A DNA stretch of 35,073 bases from Candidatus Peregrinibacteria bacterium Greene1014_49. GTDB taxonomy: Bacteria; Patescibacteriota; Gracilibacteria; Peribacterales; Peribacteraceae. Positions 26,415 through 33,895 of the stretch are shown piece by piece. The stretch's first letter is position 1; every line of letters begins with the position of its first letter. Below the pieces are notes generated by a model. That model was not told the DNA's origin. It saw nothing but the letters and a program-made list of their open reading frames with translations, and searched no databases. The position numbers were made by a program, and so were the translations under genes. The DNA is taken from positions 1-35,073 of the forward strand of contig VMGQ01000010.1 in NCBI GenBank assembly GCA_007376635.1. The letters run 5' to 3'.

Positions 26415-28826
26415 ATGTCCGCGCGCTCCCCATTCCTCCGGCAGCTCACGGTCTCGGCACTGCTCTTTGTTGGAATCGTCGCAGGCAAGCAAATGGTGGA
26501 TGCTCAAAGTACTCCCGCAACGGAAAAGATCTCACTTCCTCTGGGATCCGTCTTTGAAGTCCTCGCACAGGAGGGTGCACCGCAAACGCAGTACGCCTGG
26601 GTACTTTCATATGAACGCACCTTTCTCCAGGCGGGTAGAGGCAGATCTCTGAGGACGCGCTTTGCACAACCGGGTCGTTACCTCCTGAGCGCTGAGGTCG
26701 CTCCGCCTGGAGGCAAAAGTATCCGTCAATCGTTTGCCATCACTGTTGTGTCCGGCACGGAAGACCTTTCAGGATCGGGAACGGCTCTCGAGACTGTTCC
26801 AGGGAACCTCAATGGTGCCATTGTGGTTACCGAAGAACAGCGACTTGTCTCTATCCGCCCGACTCCCGGAATGCTCGCAGATATCACGCTCGATGCAGAT
26901 CTTTCTGTGGATGAAGATGCTGATGGGAATGCCGAAAACGATAGGAGTGCAGAGGGAACATATTTGATCTCGGATGGCCTTCCTCTCTTTCTCTGGATCA
27001 CGAGCGATCTTCCTGCGTCATTCGCGGTTTCCGGAACAAACGAAGACGGGTCACCGCTCCTCCGTCAGTTTACCGTGAGTCTTGCTTCTGCCCCTGTTGC
27101 CCCCCCTGCGCCCGTACCCGAGTCGCAGCCTCTTACCGGTGGGATAGAGGTAACGGAAGAGGAAGACGGCAGCCTGCGTTTCAGCATCCTTGACCGACCC
27201 CCGATGCAAACCCCAGTGGTACCCATTTGGGATTTCGGGGATGGAACGCAGAGCATGCTCATGGAACCTGTGCATCGTTTCACGCAATCCGGAACCTACG
27301 TCGTTCGTGCGCGTCTCAAGGATCTTCGTAATGGCATAGATATCCGCGATCTCGCCGAGGAGGTGACAGTGCAATCTCCAGAGATCTCTGCACCCGTACC
27401 GACAACCAAAAAGCCTCCAGCAGATGAAATTCCTTCAAAGGGATCCTCTCGCCTCGCGATGATCTTGAAGATCCTCATGGGACTGATAATGGTTGCTATG
27501 ACCGGTGGTGTCATCACCGTGGTGACTCTCAAACTCCGAAAAGGAAAATCGCTCGCGGAGCGCTTGGAGGCGGCGGACAAGAAAATGGCGATACCCAAGC
27601 CTGAGGCCGGATCGACAACTGCACCGATGAGCCTTCCTGATAGCCCTGAGGTGATCGACGCAGAAGCGGAGAAGACTGCCCCTCCTGCAGCGACACTTCC
27701 CGCTCCCGCAGGCGCCGGACCTGTTCCCGATTGGCTCCAGAATGTACCAAAAACGCCGAAGGCAACTCCTTCGACCATGCCTGTGGCTCCCCCTGCTCCT
27801 GCAACACCATCCGCACCCGTTGCACCTGCGACTCCTATTCCCGTACGTACAAAGGAGTCAGAACCACTCCTGTCAGAAAACTCCATGCCCGATTGGCTGA
27901 CACCGAATGCAGAAAAAAAGGATGCACAGTCAGTCATACCTGCTCCAGCCAAGGCGACTCCATCCCCTGTACCTGCGGCGGTGCCACAGCCTGCTACACC
28001 ACAAAAACTTGAAACCCCATCTCCTGCGCCAGTCGCCACAGCAATACCGGTTCTTATTTCTCCAAAGGCAGAAACTTCAACTCCTTCCGCGGGACGACCT
28101 CTTCCTGCATGGCTTCAGCCCAACACGGGCACTTCGATGCCTCCTCCTACTCCAGCTCCTGCAACATCTCCAAACCTCGCTCCTGCACCAGTAAAAGCAG
28201 AGCCAAAATCACCCGTTGTTGCTCCTCCCAATACATCACCACAACCACAAATCATTGTAAAAAAGAACAACATTCCTCCTCCAGAGCCAAAACCTCAAAT
28301 AGATCCGATATCCGAGGAGAAGGCACAGGAAGTTTCCGGAGCTCTCCCTGCGTGGTTGCAGCCGCAGACCACACCCAAAGAGGTGCCCCCCGCGCCGATG
28401 CTCGAGACATCGAAGCCCGCTCCTACTCCTGTGACCCTGGTACAACCTAAAAATCCTCCTGTTCCCGCTCCGGTGAAAACTCCGGAGCCGAAACCGGAGT
28501 TACAAACAAACACCACCACTCCCGCAACCTCCGTACCCCCTCCCCCTCCTGCTGCCCCCAAAGTCCTCAGCGAAAAGGAACGCGAGCGCCGTCGCCTGAA
28601 GAGACAACGATATCGCCAAAATAAGCAGCACAGAGAAGCTGCTGCGGGGACTCCTTCAGCAGATCCTTCAACGTTACAAACTCCGAAACCTGCGTCCATT
28701 GCTCTCTCTCCGGACGAAGCACCTGTCGCATTCATTCGCGCAGAGAGTATTGAAAATAATCCCCCCTTCGCTCCTGAGGGAGCTACGGCGGGCAAGCCAA
28801 ACCCAACACCGGATATCCCTCAGTAG
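26415..28826 (+). CDS. single-pass membrane protein: signal peptide, PKD/Ig-like ectodomain, TM, roughly 430-aa Pro-rich tail with repeated P[DA]WL motifs and a terminal basic patch
   Basis: Signal segment LTVSALLFVGIVAGKQMVDAQS. PKD signature VVPIWDFGDGTQSM...FTQSGTYVVRARL. TM LAMILKILMGLIMVAMTGGVITVVTL followed by KLRKGK. Tail is rich in P/A/T. Starts 9 nt after the poly-pilin stop. Confidence 0.8.
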   Translation: MSARSPFLRQLTVSALLFVGIVAGKQMVDAQSTPATEKISLPLGSVFEVLAQEGAPQTQYAWVLSYERTFLQAGRGRSLRTRFAQPGRYLLSAEVAPPGGKSIRQSFAITVVSGTEDLSGSGTALETVPGNLNGAIVVTEEQRLVSIRPTPGMLADITLDADLSVDEDADGNAENDRSAEGTYLISDGLPLFLWITSDLPASFAVSGTNEDGSPLLRQFTVSLASAPVAPPAPVPESQPLTGGIEVTEEEDGSLRFSILDRPPMQTPVVPIWDFGDGTQSMLMEPVHRFTQSGTYVVRARLKDLRNGIDIRDLAEEVTVQSPEISAPVPTTKKPPADEIPSKGSSRLAMILKILMGLIMVAMTGGVITVVTLKLRKGKSLAERLEAADKKMAIPKPEAGSTTAPMSLPDSPEVIDAEAEKTAPPAATLPAPAGAGPVPDWLQNVPKTPKATPSTMPVAPPAPATPSAPVAPATPIPVRTKESEPLLSENSMPDWLTPNAEKKDAQSVIPAPAKATPSPVPAAVPQPATPQKLETPSPAPVATAIPVLISPKAETSTPSAGRPLPAWLQPNTGTSMPPPTPAPATSPNLAPAPVKAEPKSPVVAPPNTSPQPQIIVKKNNIPPPEPKPQIDPISEEKAQEVSGALPAWLQPQTTPKEVPPAPMLETSKPAPTPVTLVQPKNPPVPAPVKTPEPKPELQTNTTTPATSVPPPPPAAPKVLSEKERERRRLKRQRYRQNKQHREAAAGTPSADPSTLQTPKPASIALSPDEAPVAFIRAESIENNPPFAPEGATAGKPNPTPDIPQ

Positions 28827-28858
28827 ACTTCTCCTGGAGAGTTCGATAGCGTTCCTCC

Positions 28859-30364
28859 ATGCTATCACTTTCGCGTTCCGGATTTCTGCTGCGCGCACTC
28901 GTTACCTACACCGGTGCCTGCGTTCTCGTGATTGAAATACTGGCAACCCGCATCCTCGCGCCGCATTTCGGCAGTTCCCTCTACACCTTAAGCAGCGTGC
29001 TCGGAGTAACGCTCGGCGCACTCAGTATCGGCTACTACGCGGGAGGAATCCTCGCAGATCGCAATCCCTCCTGGTACACGCTTGGAATTCTTCTTACGTT
29101 CGCAGGCGTTACAACGCTCCTCATCTGGCCTCTGTCCATAGTCCTTCTCCCGCTCCTCGGTTCTGCATTCGCTTCCGGAGCGGGTCCACTCATGGGATCG
29201 ACTCTGCTCTTCCTTATTCCCTGCGGATTTCTTGGTACATTTTCTCCCTATGCTGTGGGACTTGAGCAGCGCTTTGCCCCTGCGCTCAGTGCAGGTCGCG
29301 CCGCCGGCAATATCTTCTTTTGGTCCACACTCGGGAGTATCGCCGGGAGCATCGCTGCGGGATTTCTCCTGATTCCGCTGCTCGGGATCCACATACTCAT
29401 CGGCAACATCGGCACATCGCTCCTCGTTATTGGCATCGTGATCGTGTTGCTCAATGGAAAAGTGAAGGCACGGGGAAAGGGTTTTATCATTTCTTCCATG
29501 TTCATCGGAGCATGTTCTCTGGCTATTCCCTACACGAGTAAGGCGGTCTTTGCGGTGGACGGCGTGTACCAGCGCATGATCGTGCAAGATACACAGATAG
29601 AAGACCGAAAGATCCGCATTCTCTGGCAGGATCGCAATGCGTCTTCGGGCATCAACCTCGAAAACGACGATCACGCCTTCCAGTACACTCGGATTGTTGC
29701 TGCTGCATGGAAAGGAAAGGAGCCGCCCAAGCGTTCCCTGGTCATTGGTGCCGGAGCCTTCGTCATTCCACGCGTCATTGCGGCAGCCTCGCCGGAATCA
29801 AACGTGGACGTTATCGATATCGAGCCGGGATTGGAAGATATTGCGAAGCGTTTCTTTCGTTACATACCGAGTGACCGTATCCACTCCATCATCGCAGACG
29901 GCAGAACATTTCTCCGAGACAGCGGTCAATATGATCTGATCATCGGAGACGCCTACCAGGCGACCCACTCCATTCCCGCGCATCTCACGACCCAGGAATT
30001 CTTTGCACTTGTTAAAGATCATCTGACCGAGAATGGCATCTTCATCGGGAACTTCATAGGATCCGTGGATACGTCCAGAAACTCCTATCTCCCGGCGGTC
30101 ATGCGGACATTGCTGAGCGTATTTCCTGCCGGCCGTTTCTACGCGATGAATGATTCGAGGAGTGTAGCGCAACAGAATGTCATGTTCATCGCCTGTAAAA
30201 GTGACCCATGCATTGATCCTTGTTCGTCCGCGATGAAAAGCAGTCCGGATCCGATTCTCTCGACGCTCTGTGAAAGAGATGTGCCTGTCTATGCCGCCGA
30301 TCTTGAGGATCACCCCATTCTCACGGACGACTATGCGCCGGTGGAGTGGTTGACGGTGCAATGA
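28859..30364 (+). CDS. fused polytopic-membrane / spermidine-synthase-like (SAM-dependent aminopropyl- or methyltransferase fold) protein
   Basis: N-terminal roughly 210 aa hold multiple TM helices (LVIEILATRILAPHFGSSLYT...). C-terminal Rossmann motifs SLVIGAGAFVIP, VDVIDIEPG, DLIIGDAY. This is the typical 'fused MFS/spermidine synthase' architecture. Confidence 0.85.
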   Translation: MLSLSRSGFLLRALVTYTGACVLVIEILATRILAPHFGSSLYTLSSVLGVTLGALSIGYYAGGILADRNPSWYTLGILLTFAGVTTLLIWPLSIVLLPLLGSAFASGAGPLMGSTLLFLIPCGFLGTFSPYAVGLEQRFAPALSAGRAAGNIFFWSTLGSIAGSIAAGFLLIPLLGIHILIGNIGTSLLVIGIVIVLLNGKVKARGKGFIISSMFIGACSLAIPYTSKAVFAVDGVYQRMIVQDTQIEDRKIRILWQDRNASSGINLENDDHAFQYTRIVAAAWKGKEPPKRSLVIGAGAFVIPRVIAAASPESNVDVIDIEPGLEDIAKRFFRYIPSDRIHSIIADGRTFLRDSGQYDLIIGDAYQATHSIPAHLTTQEFFALVKDHLTENGIFIGNFIGSVDTSRNSYLPAVMRTLLSVFPAGRFYAMNDSRSVAQQNVMFIACKSDPCIDPCSSAMKSSPDPILSTLCERDVPVYAADLEDHPILTDDYAPVEWLTVQ

Positions 30365-30881
30365 TCTTTGCATCTGGACGGCGGTTGGATCTTTTCAAGC
30401 GGCCGAAGAATTGGGGCGATGCTCCCTTTCCATAGGCAATCATGTCCTCTGGAGAGCAAAATTCAATGTTTTCTGTACCAATTTTATGGATAGCGAGAAG
30501 TGTGTCGCTCTCCGTTTTCCCGAGAATCAGGCCGCTGTGTGTGTCGTGCCGAGCGGATAGGTACATACCAATGGGAAAGCGAAACGTCTCAACTGCCTGT
30601 TCCAAACTGATCTCTACAGAATGCTTCGGCTCCCACTTTTCACAGTACCAAAGATGATGAACCTGACGTAGTAAATATTGGGTGAGTCCGTGGCAATTAT
30701 ATTCCCGCATGTCCAAATGTTGCTCTTGATGCAATGTACACAACGCATGGATACGTCGTGCCACCATTCCCGAAAGAATACCAATGAAGGATCCTGCATC
30801 CCACAATTCAAATCTGCTTACTCCTTTCCCTTCTTCGGGAATAAGGGTGTAGTGAAGCAGTTGGACATTCTGGTAATCCAT
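30321..30881 (-). CDS. hypothetical protein (186 aa); possible papain-like Cys/His motif (YNCHGLTQYLL ... HSGLILG ... AIHKIG)
   Basis: ATG at 30881 is preceded by a strong promoter-like element. The track ORF start at 30974 would run into the tRNA gene. The 3' end overlaps the convergent gene by 44 nt. The family assignment is a guess. Confidence 0.55.
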   Translation of the reverse strand: MDYQNVQLLHYTLIPEEGKGVSRFELWDAGSFIGILSGMVARRIHALCTLHQEQHLDMREYNCHGLTQYLLRQVHHLWYCEKWEPKHSVEISLEQAVETFRFPIGMYLSARHDTHSGLILGKTESDTLLAIHKIGTENIEFCSPEDMIAYGKGASPQFFGRLKRSNRRPDAKIIAPSTTPPAHSRP

Positions 30882-30888
30882 TAAAATT

Positions 30889-30916
30889 ATTATGAAAATA
30901 TTGATATTTTTGTCAA
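30889..30916 (-). promoter_or_regulatory. putative strong promoter: -35 TTGACA, 16-nt spacer, -10 CATAAT, 7 nt before ATG 30881
   Basis: The minus strand reads TTGACA AAAATATCAATATTTT CATAAT AATTTTA ATG. It lies between the tRNA-His 3' end and the CDS. Confidence 0.5.
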
Positions 30917-30931
30917 TAATTTTGCATGATC

Positions 30932-31009
30932 TGGGGCGAGCGAAGGGGATTGAACCCTCGACCTTCTGGGCCACAGCCAGACGCTCTAACCAACTGAGCT
31001 ACGCCCGCC
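30932..31009 (-). tRNA. tRNA-His (anticodon GTG) with genomically encoded G-1 and 3' CCA
   Basis: Minus strand: G(-1) GCGGGCG TA GCTC AGTTGGTTA GAGC G TCTGG CTGTGGC CCAGA AGGTC GAGGG TTCAATC CCCTT CGCTCGC C CCA. All four stems pair, with one G-T in the acceptor stem and one in the T stem. G-1 lies opposite C73, the His identity element. Confidence 0.93.
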
Positions 31010-31164
31010 ATAAGAAATTTGGAGAAGGAACAACTGCTATTCGCTTGCCGATTGTATCGAAGAATGGATTAGAAAGAAGTGCTTTCCCTTTTTTCACTGC
31101 AGATGCTTGGTGATTTTGCCCTCTCATGAATGTACTGTAGGAAATATACCTAAATAACCTATTA

Positions 31165-31193
31165 TTGTATATATGTACAAAATATGTTATAAT
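31165..31193 (+). promoter_or_regulatory. putative promoter: -35 TTGTAT, 17-nt spacer, extended -10 TGtTATAAT, 8 nt before TTG 31202
   Basis: Read directly from an AT-rich intergenic region. An in-frame stop at 31193-31195 leaves TTG 31202 as the only start upstream of the first TM helix. Confidence 0.45.
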
Positions 31194-31201
31194 AATACAA
31201 T

Positions 31202-32908
31202 TTGGAACACACACCATTCTCCAATCTCTGGCATTCCCTACGAGGGAAACTATCGCAGCATACAAAGAATATCACCAGAGGTACGGCCTATCTTCTGGTA
31301 TGCATCTTCCTCGCGTGGGCATTCGGCAGAATCGTTACACCAAATATGGATGAGTTCCTCTTTTACCATGTGCTGGCGTGTCGATTTTATCCTCTCAATG
31401 CCCTGAATAGTTTCCGTGAGGCATGCGGGAGCTACGACCTGAATCTGCTGAACACGGGATGGATCTTGCCCCTTCGATCAAATGCCTATGTGGGGAGCTT
31501 CCCGTCTCTCTATTATTTGCCGATTTTCCTCCTGTGGCGAAGCCCGGATTCCGCGCGACTCGTGGGGCTGCTATTTTTACTGGCGCAAGCAATGATTCTT
31601 GCACGGCTGTTTTATCGAAAGACCGCAGTCCTCTTCGGGGTGTTGCTGCTCTTCTTTCCCTACGCGTATCAGCATATTGCGGACACCGGCCCGATCAGTT
31701 TTCAGATCACGAGTATATTTTTAATCATTTTGCTGACGCGCCGATGGTTCCGGGATCAACGCATGCACTGGCTCCTGTGTTGCACTGCGCTTGTGTTCCT
31801 CGGCATCTGGACGAAGCTCGTATACTTCTGGCTCCTTCCAGGCATTGCTCTCAGTGTTCTTCCCACCGTGTTGGAACATGCAAAAAAGAGATACCAGGAC
31901 GGTACGTACGTGAAGTTAGGAGTGCAGGCCATCGTACCAGGCGCAGTCCTCCTTGCGCTGCTCACTACACTCTTTCTCAGTACAGATCCCACGGATGCAA
32001 GCGTCCGGCCGCTTTTGAACCAAGTGCTGGGGGGAGAGATGTACAGTCTTTCAGAGCTTGCTAAAAACTTTTGGAACCTAGGCGTTACCCATGCACTGCT
32101 GAATCCTCTGGAGGCCACGCAACGTGTATTTGATGTACACGCTCCAACAACGTTCGTCTATCTGTGGAATGCCGTAATGTTCCTATCCGTCCCGATCCTG
32201 CTCCTCCTCTGCACGTTCACCGGTTCATCGCGACGGAACATTCTCAAAGCAACTATATATTATGTCGCCTTCTGGCTCACATTTTTTATCATCGCACGAA
32301 CCAAAGCTGCATGGGCGATGCATCATACGGTTCTCTCATTCCCCTTCCTCATCCTCAGCGTACTTGCAACCTTGCACTGTTTGCGAGATTCACACTGGCA
32401 TGCACAATGGAAGAATCAGCTGAGAGACTGCGCAGGAGTCATCCTTGCCTGTTTTATCGCCGGAAACATCGCCTGGTATCTCACGTTTCCCTTTGAGCAG
32501 AGGCATGCCAACGACGATTTCTCGAAAGTCACGCTCAACAGGCTTCTCGAGGATCATACATTTGCCAGCAACCATCTCTACGTCGTGACGCACTGGGGCA
32601 TGTACTACTACCAAGTGCTCTTCGGGGACCGTTCCCAAGCAGTAGTCTACATAGAACCACTTGACTCCATGGGGAAGGTTCATTCTCTACGGAACACTGC
32701 AATGTCGCACGGTAGAAAAATCGCTTTCCTCTACGATGCAACGGCCGCCGCGGCGGATCTGACGCTCGCCCGGGACTCCTTTAACCTCGGAAACGATACA
32801 TGTATTGCGACCGATGCCACGTGGCAGATGCTTCTTGAAGATCCAACGGATTCTGTGTGCAAGACGAGGAAAGACCCCTCTATGGCGGCAGCAGTAATTG
32901 TACCGTAA
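31202..32908 (+). CDS. polytopic GT-C-fold glycosyltransferase-like membrane protein (ArnT/PMT family 39-like)
   Basis: About 12 or more hydrophobic helices. A first-loop acidic motif PNMDEF follows TM1 (TAYLLVCIFLAWAFG), as in GT-C enzymes. There is a soluble C-terminal domain. TTG start. The family call is by architecture only. Confidence 0.7.
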   Translation: MEHTPFSNLWHSLRGKLSQHTKNITRGTAYLLVCIFLAWAFGRIVTPNMDEFLFYHVLACRFYPLNALNSFREACGSYDLNLLNTGWILPLRSNAYVGSFPSLYYLPIFLLWRSPDSARLVGLLFLLAQAMILARLFYRKTAVLFGVLLLFFPYAYQHIADTGPISFQITSIFLIILLTRRWFRDQRMHWLLCCTALVFLGIWTKLVYFWLLPGIALSVLPTVLEHAKKRYQDGTYVKLGVQAIVPGAVLLALLTTLFLSTDPTDASVRPLLNQVLGGEMYSLSELAKNFWNLGVTHALLNPLEATQRVFDVHAPTTFVYLWNAVMFLSVPILLLLCTFTGSSRRNILKATIYYVAFWLTFFIIARTKAAWAMHHTVLSFPFLILSVLATLHCLRDSHWHAQWKNQLRDCAGVILACFIAGNIAWYLTFPFEQRHANDDFSKVTLNRLLEDHTFASNHLYVVTHWGMYYYQVLFGDRSQAVVYIEPLDSMGKVHSLRNTAMSHGRKIAFLYDATAAAADLTLARDSFNLGNDTCIATDATWQMLLEDPTDSVCKTRKDPSMAAAVIVP

Positions 32909-32953
32909 TCGTCCGTAACTATCCGGCATGATAATGGATCCATCAACAAATAT

Positions 32954-33826
32954 TTATTTCCGCCGATGGTGATACACCTCCCGCAATTGGCTGCGCGTCC
33001 TCCACCCGATCTTGCGCATATGCATCAAGAGATCATGTGCATGCAAACGCTCTGAGGCATTTCTCTTGGCCTTGAGCGGTGATGCTACTTTTTCATGCAC
33101 AAGCTCCCGTGAAACATCACCCATATCGGCCGATCGTTGAACAGGCTTCTTTGCAAGCGCACTTCTCCATCTCTGCAATCTCTCACTGAGTGAAGGCTTA
33201 TATTGACGGAGAGATTCTGTAGTAGAAACAGCGCGCACTTTGGTTTTTCTGAATACTTCTTGGACGCTCCGGCGCACATTCCTGCTGCGCGGATCTGATG
33301 ATCGTAATTTTTGCACCGTTTCACGCACACGTTTCGGACCATCTTCTCGTACCCGCTTGACGGTGCGCTTCACCCTTTTCTTCAGAGATCTTCCCATATC
33401 CGTTATTGCCTTTCTGGTACGCACGGTTGCGGCCTTCGACTGTTGCCGAAGATTGTGCGCAGGACGGGAATCCATCACAGAACGACTTGAACGCTTGAGC
33501 CACAAGAAAGTGATTTTCGCTCTTTTCCGTAATCTCCCCTCTTCGTTGCGATCCGACCGTTCCTCCCGCTCGCGTGTGAGAAGCCAGCGAATACCGAGAT
33601 ACGCACCATACGCGAGGGCAATGACAAGTACGATACCGAGAAGGATCGGTAAAAAGAGAATGATGCCAACAATGAGTAAAATGATGACGGGAATCATCAC
33701 GAGAGCACCAAGCAATGCCGTGTTCATTTCCCCTTTGCCATCCTCTCCTGCAGGATCGGTAAAGAGGATCCACACTGCAAAGATGCCTCCGGCGATCAGT
33801 GCGGCAGTGGTCAGGATTTGGTTCAT
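32954..33826 (-). CDS. membrane protein with N-terminal TM helices and a roughly 200-aa extremely Arg/Lys-rich tail
   Basis: TM segments ILTTAALIAGGIFAVWILF and ALLGALVMIPVIILLIVGIILFLPILLGIVLVIALAYGAYLGI. The tail contains RKRAKITFLWLKRSSRS...KKRVKRTVKRVRE...HHRRK. ATG at 33826 with TATAAT 8 nt upstream. Confidence 0.65.
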   Translation of the reverse strand: MNQILTTAALIAGGIFAVWILFTDPAGEDGKGEMNTALLGALVMIPVIILLIVGIILFLPILLGIVLVIALAYGAYLGIRWLLTREREERSDRNEEGRLRKRAKITFLWLKRSSRSVMDSRPAHNLRQQSKAATVRTRKAITDMGRSLKKRVKRTVKRVREDGPKRVRETVQKLRSSDPRSRNVRRSVQEVFRKTKVRAVSTTESLRQYKPSLSERLQRWRSALAKKPVQRSADMGDVSRELVHEKVASPLKAKRNASERLHAHDLLMHMRKIGWRTRSQLREVYHHRRK

Positions 33827-33834
33827 AATAGCTC

Positions 33835-33842
33835 ATTATATA
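33835..33842. promoter_or_regulatory. overlapping divergent -10 elements (ATTATAAT)
   Basis: On the minus strand, TATAAT (plus 33835-33840) lies 8 nt from ATG 33826. On the plus strand, TATAAT lies at 33837-33842. Confidence 0.35.
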
Positions 33843-33874
33843 ATAAATGGGGCTTTTTCGATACTCGAACTTCT

Positions 33875-33883
33875 GATAGGCTT
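33875..33883 (+). promoter_or_regulatory. extended -10 TGaTAGGCT 12 nt upstream of the hisS ATG
   Basis: TGATAGGCT ttaccaaagatc ATG(33896). Confidence 0.3.
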
Positions 33884-33895
33884 TACCAAAGATCA

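Noticed and set aside
27296-28795. 247-aa and 166-aa minus-strand ORFs rich in Gly/Ala/Ser
   Set aside because: They are the complement of CCN/GCN-rich proline/alanine codons in the PKD-protein tail. Open antisense frames are expected from that composition.
31070-31105. GAAAG…CTTTC hairpin followed by CTTTTTTC on the plus strand
   Set aside because: The stem is only 5 bp and AT-rich, and no plus-strand gene ends upstream of it. It is probably chance in an AT-rich spacer.
30999-31265. 88-aa minus-strand ORF, and the 30882-30974 extension of the 217-aa ORF
   Set aside because: Both overlap the tRNA-His gene or its flanks. The AT-rich intergenic sequence yields implausible peptides.
33848-33877. 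9-codon mini-ORF (MGLFRYSNF) just after a plus-strand TATAAT, upstream of hisS
   Set aside because: It has no His codons, no alternative-hairpin attenuator and no T-box-like structure. The leader is too short for one, and the closer TGaTAGGCT box can explain hisS expression.
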